A stretch of 64,000 nucleotides of DNA, from positions 114,576,001-114,640,000 of the forward strand of contig OX597822.1 of assembly GCA_951406725.2 (NCBI GenBank), given 5' to 3'. Under the pieces are notes generated by a model. The model was not told the DNA's origin. It worked only from the letters and a program-made list of their open reading frames with translations, and made no database searches. This document shows, piece by piece, positions 15,740 through 28,392 of the stretch; within the stretch, counting starts at the first letter, position 1; each line of letters opens with the position of its first letter. Source of the stretch: Octopus vulgaris (lineage: Eukaryota). The position numbers and the translations under genes were made by a program.

Positions 15740-16485
15740 AAAAATGTTTCAGCCCGAAGGCTGCGGCCATGCTGGGGCACCATCGTTGAACGAGCTACAT
15801 TAGTATGTGAATCCACCTCTGATACGCGGCACTTGGTCGACAAGGGAGTTCGATACCGCTGCCCGCATCTGTGTCACCTGCCGACAGGTAGGTTCATCTG
15901 GGACCCCCGACAAGAAGAGATCCAGTTTAGTTTTAAAGAAACCCACATCCATACTATGCAAGTCTCTCAGGCATTTAGGGAGGATGTTAAAGAGCTGTGG
16001 TCCTCTGAAACCCAAGCTGTTGCAGTATCTGGTCCTGTATTTGATGGTGATGTTGGAATCTTTGGCACCATGCAGTGGCGCCCCGTTCTGCAGTTGGAGT
16101 AACTTTGAATGCCAAAGTTTGGGATTTTCCACTTCATATCTCTCCCGCCTTCGTTCTAGGGAGAAGAGTTTTAATACTTTCAGTCTTTCCCAGTAGCTGA
16201 TATGTTGCATTGAGACGATCTTCTTTGTGTGTCTTCTTTGAATTGCTTCGATTTCTGCTGTTAACTTTATATTGTGTGGTGACCACAATTGGAAGCAGTA
16301 GTCCAAGCGGCTGAGGACGAATGTTTTCCAGAGGACCATCAGTGTCTCCTTCTCTCTTGTTCTGAAAGTTCGGAGAATCCATCCAGCTTAGCAATATGCA
16401 TTTTATCACCAAATTAGTAATATGCACTTGGAAAGAGGCATCATTGCTCAGGTCAATACCCAGGTCACGCACTGATTTTGACTCA
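15740..16485 (-). mobile_element. CR1/L2-group LINE 3' fragment
   Basis: [37 protein letters not shown]; same family at 25020-25480. Confidence 0.85.
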
Positions 16486-17202
16486 GGAAATATATGTATA
16501 TATATATGAGCATATATATATATATATATGCTCACACACACACGCACAACATATTAATTCACACACACACACACACTCACACACAAACTCTCTCAGGGAT
16601 GCATGTACAAACACATTTATTTGTATGCATTTATATGTGGGTGTGTGAGGGGGCATGTGTGTTTGTTTGTGTGTGTGTGTGTGAGTGCGTGGGAGTGCAT
16701 ATGTGTTTCCGTGTTTGTGCATGTGTGCGTGCGTGTATGTGTGTGTGTGTAATGGTCACATGCATATACCTGTGATGGTAGTCGTTGACAATCTTGTTTG
16801 AGCAGTTGTTTTGCATAAGAGGCACCTTGTTCTCACCTGCGGTCTTTTACCTGACAATGGATCCGATTGATGTCAATGGCCTTTTGTTGTTCTACTTTTC
16901 TTCTCTCAGATTTGATACGCGACCACCTCTTTGCTTGCGGTTTGTTATAAATATGAGTGTCTTGGTGGAGATGTGACAGAGCCAGGTCGATTTCGCAACG
17001 GGACTCTTCTGTAGACACTTCCGCTGCTGTTGTTGAAAAGGTTGTTGTGCTTCAAGAACCATCACACGACAAGGCAACACCAACAAAAAGTTTACACATT
17101 TATCCTCTGTTCTTTATTTAGTCGAATCTATTCCTTCTGATTATACAAGCTTTTCGTGTGTCAGTAAACAGGGGGAGCACTAAAAAGAAGAAAATAACAG
17201 CC

Positions 17203-17387
17203 ATGAAGAATCTGGTTCTGTTCTTATTTGTTTTTGTTGTTGGTCTTTGGCTGACAGAAGGACAGCAGACGACTGATGGGCCAGTGACTCTAAGTCCCAC
17301 ACTGAGTGAAAAATTGTCGGTTTCTAACGAAACGCTTGATTCTGGAAACTCAACGGCACAGGCAGGAAGTCTTCATTTCAGACCACC
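17203..17387 (+). CDS. Exon 1: signal peptide and Ser/Thr-rich spacer
   Basis: GCCATG start, hydrophobic [23 protein letters not shown]-glycosylation sequons NET and NST, donor GTAAGT at 17388 (phase 2). A possible upstream acceptor at 17120-17121 suggests a non-coding first exon. Confidence 0.8.
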
Positions 17388-18131
17388 GTAAGTTACGCTT
17401 TCATTCCACCCGATTTCTCATCGCCACTTTCCTCTTCTGTACTTCTTGTGTTTTTTACTCTTTTATTAAATAATTGGACCGTGTTAAATAATTGGAACGA
17501 TTGCAACAGAAGGGACTCAGGGTACCTGAATTACCCCAGCATTTGTAGTTTTTATGTCGATCTGTTTGTACTTAGCCCAGTGCGTCTCTGTTAGTAGGTA
17601 GAAATGAAAAACTATGGCCTGTATATCAGAACTGTATTGTTTCAAACAGTTCTCCATAGATCTCTTTTTCTTTAATATATGATGAGATATTCTTTTCTAC
17701 TCGAGGCACAAGGCCCGAAATTTTGGGGGACCAGTCGATGAGATCGACCCTAGTACGCAGCTCGTACTTAATTTATCGACCGAGAAAGGATGAAAGGCAA
17801 AGTCGACCTCTGCGGAATTTGAACTCAGATCGTAAAGACGAAATACCGCTAGGCATCTCGCCCGGCGTGCTAACGTTTCTGCCAGCTCGCCGCTTTAATA
17901 CGATGAGATACTGACATATGACTGGGCAGATGATCTCTTCAAAAGTGCTTGACTTATTTTCCTGTCCCTTGGAACAATATCGGGTCCGTTGTGTTTACTC
18001 CGGGTTTCTGATTCTACTGGGATGTTCCACCAACTTTCTGGATACGTTCTGGTTCTGATGCGCCAATCTTCAACAAGCCAGATTCCTGTAACGGAGCTAC
18101 GAAACTTTATGGGATCAAATCAAACTTTTTA

Positions 18132-18229
<98 letters not shown>

Positions 18230-18255
18230 GAAGAAGGAAGAAGAAGAAGAAGAAG

Positions 18256-18286
<31 letters not shown>

Positions 18287-21200
18287 GCCACCGCTCGTCG
18301 ACTCACAGATTGGGGATATCTGCCGAGCTGTTATTCTTCCCAAGCGTTTGGCGAACCGATGCTGAAATGCTGCATATATTCGCCCAAATTCAAGTACCAC
18401 GCGCCCATTTTGGCCAACCAAAGACCGAATTGTGGCTTTGTTTTCACATTTTGCTTTAGCTCTGACATGCGCCTTAACTCTAACAAAGCAACCTTCGTGT
18501 TTAACGCCAAAGAATTGGCTCAGGGCCAATCTCGCGGTTAGCAGGTCGCTTGCAATGCCCTTCCAAAGTGCCTCTTCTATGTTTCTAAGACCCCTTCATT
18601 TTATTCCTTTCTATCACTAACGCCTTAATAAACTGATTCTAGTCTAATTGCCATTTTCAAAGCAAACCCCCGCTTATTGAGAAGTACCCTTGTCAACGTC
18701 CTCCTGACTAATTCTCTAATTCGGTCTCTGTAGCATTGACACACCGGGAGTAATTCGTTCAGCTTCCAGCAACCGGCTCCCTGCCTTCTAAGCTTATCTA
18801 CGGCGACCATACAGATCACAAATTTGTGGTCTGTGTAGCCGATTAGTTTGAAAAGTGGACATCATATGTTATCTTTACCTACTGGCCTACAGAAAACCCT
18901 ATCTAGATACAACCTGGATAACCAGGGGCAATTCCTTCATGTCTACATTTGAATATCCGGGAAAATAGGGTCGATACTTGTCAAACAGCTGCAAATGTCT
19001 GAGCAGGTTTGCAGGGCTTTTACCACCCGCCTTCTAGCCGCTAGCCCCACACAAACAAAACGTGTGTGTAAGACGGTGTTCCAGTCGCCCAGCGAAACGT
19101 TTCTAGGAAAACCTCAAAACGTCTCAAGAAATCCGACTGTTCTGCTGTTGTTGGTGTAAAAAAGCCACCAGTCTCAAACCACCCTTCTCTCCACATCACT
19201 ACAGTTCACGTCCATGGCCACCAACTTACTTTCTGGGTCCAGGAAGGTAGTTCTTATCTAGGAATTCAGACTTCTCCTGATCAACACAGTCGTTAACTCC
19301 GATTTTAGGTTGACATGGAGATACGTACATCTTATATCCCCCGAAAATAGTCAAGAAAGCTTGTCGGTCGGAGTCTAGTTTCACTGATGGCCAATACATC
19401 GACACCTGAGGTCGTTGAGTAAGTGGCGTTGTTTCCAAGTTGATCTCAAGTCATGTGTGTTTATAATGTCCACTCTGAGCAGTGTTATGTCAGATCAAGG
19501 CATAGAAGAAAAGGCTACTTACTGCGAATTATTTGTTGAGGAAAGGACAGGCGTTCCGTTCCCATAAATATGCGTGAATGTATCCACGAACAATTTTTTT
19601 TTTTACATGTTCGTCTATTTATGTCTCTGGAAAACCCATACTCCTTGAGGGGATTTCGTTTTGATGGCGTTATATGTGTGTTATAATGTTTGTGTGGCGT
19701 TAATACAGGCGTTATAATGTTTGTATGGCGACCTCACCTGGAATTTGCATCACCGGTCTGGAACCCCTATCTTGCCCAGGATATTAATCGTCTGGAAGCC
19801 GTTCAGCGACGTGCAACCAAGAGAATACGCTCCATCAGGCATTTGCCATATTCTGAATGCCTTACTTCCCTGGGCATGGATACATTGAAACTCCGACGTC
19901 TGGCAGCTGACTTGGCAGACACCCATAAAACTATTAACCATCTTATAAACAATAACTCTGAGCACCTTTTCAAACTCCACCTGTCTAACACCCGTGGACA
20001 TGTTTACAAAGTCAGAAAACAGCACAGCTCCTTTCATGACTTTCAGAAACATTTTTTCACGCTAAGATTTGCTGAAGCATGGAACAGACTGCCGGCATCG
20101 GTTGTTAGTTGTCGGGGCACTGTATCTTTCAAAACTTCCATGCTTCCTGAGATTCGCCAACACTACACCTGATCTTCTGCCCTCCATATACACGCAAGCA
20201 TGTATCTGACTCATACACTGTTCACTTTCCAGACATTTGTGCATTACTGCAGATACTTTATACGCACTTTTGACACGTTGTGGTGCACTTGAGCACTGTA
20301 TACAATAATTTCATTATTATTATTATTATTATATGTTTACAAAGTCAGAAAACAGCACAGCTCCCATAAGTTTCGGAAACATTTTTTCACGCTAAGATTT
20401 GCTGAAGCATGGAACAAACTGCCGGCATCAGTTGTTAGTTGTCGGGGCACTGCATCCTTCAAAACTTCCATGCTTCCTGAGATTCGCCAACACTACACCT
20501 GATTTTCTCCCTCCATATACACGCAAGCATGTATCTGACTCATACACTGTTCACTTTCCAGACATTTGTACATTACTGCATATACTTTATACGCACTTTT
20601 GACAAGTTGTGGCGCACCTGAGCACTGTATACAATAATTTCATTATTATTATTATTATTATTATTATATGTTTACAAAGTCAGAAAACAGCACAGCTCCC
20701 ATAAGTTTCGGAAACATTTTTTCACGCTAAGATTTGCTGAAGCATGGAACAAACTGCCGGCATCAATTGTTAGTTGTCAGAGCACTGCATCCTTCAAAAC
20801 TTCCATGCTTCCTGAGATTCGCCAACACTACACCTGATCTTCTGCCCTCCATACACATGCTGAAGCATGGAACAGACTGCCGGCATCGGTTGTTAGTTGT
20901 CGGGGCACTGTATCTTTCAAAACTTCCATGCTTCCTGAGATTCGCCAACACTACACCTGATCTTCTGCCCTCCATACACATGCTGAAGCATGGAACAGAC
21001 TGCCGGCATCGGTTGTTAGTTGTCGGGGCACTGTATCTTTCAAAACTTCCATGCTTCCTGAGATTCGCCAACACTACACCTGATTTTCTCCCCTCCATAT
21101 ACACGCAAGCATGTATCTGACTCATTCACTGTTCCCTTTCCAGACATTTGTGCATTACTGCAGATACTTTATACGCACTTTTGACACGTTGTGGTGCACC

Positions 21201-21442
21201 TGAGCACTGCATACAATAATTTCATTATTATATGTCTGGCGCGTTTTTCTCGGTATGATATATAATCGGTGTGTGTGTGTGATGTTTGTGTGGTTATATA
21301 TATGATTTGTTAGATTTCATGATTGGTATCTATTGCTATGTAGCTCAAAATGTTCAATATGTTTGGCTTTTGCTGGTGTTGAGATAAACGGACACCCACC
21401 CGCTCACTCACACACACTCATATAAATTAATACATATCTATA

Positions 21443-21477
<35 letters not shown>

Positions 21478-23191
21478 TAAGTAGCTTGCTTACCAACCAC
21501 ATGGTTCCGAGTTCAGTCCCACTGCGTGGCATCTTGGGCAAGTGTCTTCTGCTATAGCCTCGAGCTGACCAATGCCTTGTGAGTGGATTTGGTAGACGGA
21601 AACTGAAAGAAGCCTGTCGTATATATGTATATGTGTGTGTATATGTTTGTGTGTCTGTGTTTGTCCCCCTAGCATTGCTTGACAACCGATGCTGGTGTGT
21701 TTACGTCCCCGTCACTTAGCGGTTCGGCAAAAGATACCGATATTGGGCTTACAAAGAATAAGTCCCGGGGTCGATTTGCTCGACTAAAGGCAGTGCTCCA
21801 GCACGGCCGCAGTCAAAATGACTGAAACAAGTAAAAAGAGAGAAAGAGATGTGTGTGTGTGTGTGTGTGTTTGTCTCCAATCACTGCTTGACAACCGGTG
21901 TTGGTGTTGAGGCACATGGCCTAGTGGTTAGAGCAGCGGACTCGCGGTCGAGGGATCGCGGGTTCGAATCTCAGACCGGACGATATGTGTGTTTATGAAC
22001 GAAACACCTAAGCTCCACGCGGCTCTGGCAGAAGGTAATGGAGAACTTCTGCTGACTCTTTTGCCACAACTTTCTCTCACTCTTTCCTCCTGCATCTTGC
22101 AGCTCACCTGCGACGGACCGGCGTCCCGTCCAGGTGGGAAACCTATACGCCGAGGAAACCGGCCCTTATGAGCCAGGAATGGCACCAGAAGGAACAAACA
22201 AACTAATTAATACACCTATGCTAATTGCTTGACTTAACCCTTCAATCGGTCGTAAAGTTCCTCAGATATAACATGTAGCATCGATTTAACATGTAGCATC
22301 GATTTGTTTATTGATTTTCTCTCTCTTTCTTCCTTTTCGTTTCTCTTTCCTTTCTATTTTTTCCGCTGTGATGAAGTCCCACTGATTAAGTTGGCAATAA
22401 CAGTGTTAATTATCATTGTAATAATTAAGCCTGACTAATTATCTGTTAAATGGTGTACTCTTTTACTCTCTTTTTACTTTTCTACTTGTTTCAGTCATTT
22501 GACTGCGGCCATGCTGGAGCACTGCCTTTAGTCGAGCAAATCGACCCCAGGACTTAGTCTTTGTAAGCCTAGTACTTTTTCTATCAGTCTCTTTTGCCGA
22601 ACCTCTAAGTTACAGGGTCCTAAACACACCAACATCGGTTGTCAAGCGATGTTGGGGGACACAAACACAGATACACAATATATGCACACACATACATACA
22701 TATATTTTTTTACTTTTTATTTTTTACTCTTTATTTTTTACTTTTTTTTACTTTTTATTTTTTATTTTTTACTTTTTATTTTTTACTTTTTTACTTTTTA
22801 TTTTTTACTTTTTATTAAAATTTTATGTATTGATTAAGTCTTTCCTTGTTTGTTTTACAAAATAGTGGTTTTGTCTCTAATTAATATTATATAATATTTT
22901 ACTATAAAATTGGATTTAATCCTAAATCTGATTTTTTCCCTGTAAATTTGGATTTATTCCCTAATATTTATTATTATACATATACATATATATATATATA
23001 CGACAGGCTTCCTTCAGTTTCCGTCTACCAAATCCACTCACAAGGCTTTGGTCGGCCCGAGGCTATAGTAGAAGACACTTGCCCAAGGTGCCATGCAGTG
23101 GGACTGAACCCGGAACCATGTGGTGGTAAGCAAGCTACTTACCACACAGCCACTCCTGCGCCTAAAATATTCTTAAATATTGTTATATCGT

Positions 23192-23265
<74 letters not shown>

Positions 23266-23614
23266 ATCTTTTTCGGATATTTTGGGATTATTTTGTTGGT
23301 TGAGACGGTTCTTTTTACACTCATTTAGGTATTTTTTCCCTCTTTTAATTTGCATTACAAATAAAACGAACCAAGGATCTTCATTTTTCTTCTCCATTTT
23401 CTTTTATTCTATTATACACACACACATATATATATATATATTTAGATATACATGTATATATGTGTGTATGTATATATATATATATATAATGCACACACAT
23501 ACATATATATATATATATATTTAGATATACATGTATATATGTATGTATATATATATATATATACATGCACACACATACATATATATATATATATTATAGA
23601 TATACATGTATATA

Positions 23615-23661
<47 letters not shown>

Positions 23662-25484
23662 GCACACACATACATATATATATATATACACACAAGTATA
23701 TGATATATATATATATATCTTATATTTAAGATCTTTAAATTTTAAATTTTAATATTTTATAAGTCTTTGGTGTAATAATATTGTTTTTTTTTGTGTAAAT
23801 ATCGTTGTTTATGTAATGATCTAATTATCGTAATTTTCTATATAATTATTAGATATTAACTTTAAGTTTATTCGTAAGATTTTACTTAGCGATAGATATG
23901 TTGTTTGATAGCAAGTATAGGAGTTGTTTAAAATTAGGTTTATGTATATACATGTATTAATAGCATTAATTGTAGTTTTAAATTTCTTATAATTATTATT
24001 TTAACATATATATTGTCTTTTTGAATTGATATTTGCTAGTTTTATTCTCATTGATAAATATATTTATTGTATTTATTTGATACTATATAACTACGAATTG
24101 ATTATTTCTTTAAGTATTTTAAATATAAGATTTCCGAAAGTTATTATTTAGCCAACGAGATATAAAGATAGTTAATTTGCTATAGCGTTCGTTTAAGATT
24201 GTTTGTTTGTTTGTATTTTTGAAATTAGCTATTTCATCTTTAAATATGAACAATTAATTTTTATTATATGTGCATATATATTTATTTATAGAGATTATTT
24301 TAGATCTTAATTACAATATTTATATACATTTATATATTTTCATTGATAATTTATATATAATAGTCATTTTTTTTTGTAAAATATTTATGTAATTAGATAT
24401 TGACTATTACAGATATTAGATTATTGGTGGGTTTCTTACCTTAAAAATTAATACTTAAAAATTAAAATTAATATTTAACATTATAATAGATGTTTTGATA
24501 TAATCATAATCGTTAAGTTTTAAGTTTCTAATTTGATAATAGAGTTTTTTTATAAGTATAATTATTATATTATTTATTTCTTTAAAATATTGTTTAAATA
24601 TTTCTGATTATTTATTAAAATATTACAATTAATCTGAAGATTGACTGTAACCATAATTCGAATTATTAATTGAATTTAATTATTGTTATTCGAATTGGTT
24701 ACATCCATGAAACGATCGTAGTGTTTTTACTCTTTATCTTTTATTAAACTTTTAATACTTTTTGATATTTATATTTATATAATTTTAAAAAAAAATAAAT
24801 AAATAAAATAATATAAAAATATACATACATATATATATATATATATAAAATTTATAAGTTTAAATTATTTAAATAATTTTTAAATTTTAACTTTTATATT
24901 TTTTTAATTAATTTAATTTCTATGTATTGGCTTATGATTTTCACTGTTTGATTTGCCTAATAGTGGTTTTATCTCTAATTTAATATAATATATATATATA
25001 ATATATATATATATATATAAGCAATCCAGAGAAGATTCACAAAGAAGATCGTCTCTTTGCAGCAGCTCAGCTACTGGGAAAGGTTGAAACAGCTAAGACT
25101 CTACTCCCTGGAGAGAAGACGGGAGAGGTATGCAGTAATATACGTCTGGAAGATTCTGGAAGGAATTGTGCCAAATTTTGGCATTGTAAGCTACACCAAT
25201 GCTATAACGGGACGACACTGCATAGTGCCAAAGATCCCAGCAATGCCATCACGCTTCAGGACCAGCTTCTGCAACAGCCTGAGTTTCAAGGGCCCACAGT
25301 TTTTTAATATTTTCCCAAAGAGTCTGAGGAACTTGCACAAAGTAGATGAAGCGAAATCAAAGCTGGACAAATTCCTGTCAAGAGTCCCAGATGAACCTAC
25401 CCCACGGCAAGAGGTGCAAATGAGAGTAGCTGTATCAAACTCCAACTAGTGCCACAAAACAAGGTTCGTCGTAATAACAGTGTA

Positions 25485-25544
<60 letters not shown>

Positions 25545-27648
25545 GTTTATATATTTGTTGTGCAAGATTTTTTATGTGAAGTCCTGTGTTGAAACAGATA
25601 TTGTTATATTTTGGAATGGTCATTTTGCCAGTTTAGCCAATAAAGAAAACAAAGGATCACTGATGCGGTCACAGGGGTGTGACGAAAGAACTCTGGTCGA
25701 AATAAGATTAAGATTAATGTAAAAAATAAATAACACTGAAGCAAAGTAACATCAAATATATAGTGCATGTGTTTTTATTGCTTAAACAGGCAAAATGACC
25801 ATTCCGAAGTATAACAAATATATATATATATATACAAATACATATATTCCTTTCTTTTTTCAGGATATGTAGATGGACATGTCCTCGACGCGTGACCTAC
25901 AGAAGAGGAACCTGGTGCTGGTTCTCCGGATGGTGTAGAAAATTCACGTAAATACGAGGCCACACTTTCCGGTTTTTATATCTTTCTTTACAGAGTAAAC
26001 TTTCGATATAACGGCATCCACAATAACGCAAACCACAAGCTAACGGCATTTTCCTCCTCTTCTCCTATTTTGAAATTTCTATGTATACATTCTTATTTAT
26101 TTCTATCGTTGCCGATATATGGTCACCTGTTAAATATAAATGCTAATGATGTGGTATTTCATATAGCAACCTTTTGTTTCTTACTCAATCTACACTCTTC
26201 ACTTGTGGCGCTGTTACTCTCTCTCTCTTGTCGGCTTCTAACGAGCAAAGTTCCTGTAACTAGCAATATTTTCCGAATTCATAATTTGTAGCACTCAATG
26301 AAATCCCATTCACTAAGCAACAGCAGCCATAATCCGAAAAGAAGAACAAGTCAACATCATCGGTAATCACTGAGACGCAGGTTTTATGTCGGAGTTATCC
26401 TAGTTACCTGAGTTACCTTCTCCTAGAAGGATGCCCATACAAAAGCTAGGAGTCCTTCACTCCCAATGGTTTAACTGCACGATCGGGTATTCAGTCCGAT
26501 TATTTCTATGTCCCCGCGCATGATACAGCCTTAAGACATTTATTGGATGGCCGTTGACTCTCGAGAGTTCCTCCGCCCTTTGACGGGTTTTGTTTTTCAT
26601 CCCGCAGGGTGTCCAATAAACACCCTCCTCACCAAGCATATATATATATACATATATAAATTCAGGGTGAATACTTGATAAATGTAAGCACCTGTATATG
26701 CCAGCTAGTGGCATAGGTGATAGGATATATGTATCAAAAGAAAAACAGGACGCAAAGGATTTTGCGGTACATATGATTCGGGCTTTATTGAACAACTTAT
26801 TCTTATATCAATGCATAATTGATATAACGGATCTACCCAGTATTCATTCTATATCGAGTGAAAAAACGGTATGGACGATTTGTTTTGGAATCTAATAATA
26901 CCATGTTCGCCTATGAGGATTTACTTTCCCAATGAAGCTCGGTTTTTTCTCAAACCTTTTATAATGTGATATGGTGTAGCAATTGTACGCGGCTGAAGAA
27001 GGCTTTTGATCTATCTGTTATATCAATTATGCATTGATATAAGAATAAGTTGTTCAATAAAGCCCAAAACATATGTACCGCAAAATCCTTTGCATCCTGT
27101 TTTTCTTTTGATACATATATCCTATCACCTATGCCACTAGCTGGCATATACAGGTGCTTACATTTATCAAGTATTCACCCTCAATTTATATATATATATA
27201 TATATGCTTGGTGAGGAGGGTGTTTATTGGACACCTGCGGGATGAAAAACAAAACCCGTCAAAGGGCGGAGGAACTCTTGAGAGTCAACAGCCATCCAAT
27301 AAATGTCTTAAGGCTGTATCATGCGCGGGGACATAGAAATAATCGGACTGAAAACCCGATCGCGCGGTTAAACCATTGGGAGTGAAGGACTCCTAGCCTT
27401 TGTTAGGGCATCCTTCTAGAAGGTAACTCAGGTAACTGGGATAATTCCGACATAAAACCTGCGGCCCAGTGGTTACCGATGATGTTGACTTGTTCTTCTT
27501 TTCAGATTATGGCTGCTGTTGCTTAGTGAGTGTGATTGACTCAGTGCACAGCCTTTCTTCACTTAAAAATCTTCTTGCACAGGCATTGCACGATGACAAC
27601 ATTGATTAAGCTTCGAGCAATGGCCATACTCGATAACGAGGGGACAGC

Positions 27649-27694
<46 letters not shown>

Positions 27695-27943
27695 TTTTGT
27701 GTATATATATTTTTTTACAACTATAAATAAGGGTGTCTGAGAGACACTACCATGCTGAAATAGCAGTCAAATCCCTGACTCTAGAAACCACCAGGAATTT
27801 GACTGCTATTTCAGCATGGTGGTGTCTCTCAGACACCCTTATTTATAGTTGTAAAACAATTATTACCTTTGTATGGTATCTATTCCCATGCTAACCACTT
27901 GATAATATCGATATTTAAATATCGATATTATCCTTATTTATGA

Positions 27944-28013
<70 letters not shown>

Positions 28014-28323
28014 AAACAAAGTCAAATGCGATACAATAAAATTAATTATTATCGCTGGTGTTTCTAGCACAGGCCATATATTATTCATATATAAGTACAT
28101 TAAAGGCGAAGTGTGTACTAGATACACAAAAGCTGGATAAATTTAATGAGATGAAAATTAAAAACTTTTACAAACTTAGTTCTTTGCTTGACTTAGACTG
28201 CAGTTTCGCCCCGTATTTCAGCAATAAAAATAATATTTATTTACTCAGGTAGGCTCTTCAGTAAGATTCCTGTTATTATGGGAAGCGCAGATCAATAGAG
28301 GCACATGCGTCTATTAAATTGCT

Positions 28324-28392
<69 letters not shown>

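Noticed and set aside
16880-16895. TATA box for the EGF gene
   Set aside because: TATAAA is uninformative in AT-rich DNA, and a probable acceptor at 17121 suggests the true start lies elsewhere.
23720-24400. GIY-YIG endonuclease remnant or mitochondrial insertion in the very AT-rich tract
   Set aside because: Too degenerate; no convincing motif, tRNA or mitochondrial gene seen.
27205-27300. HDV-like ribozyme at the RTE 5' end
   Set aside because: Known for some RTE elements, but I could not assign the nested double pseudoknot by eye; it needs a descriptor search.
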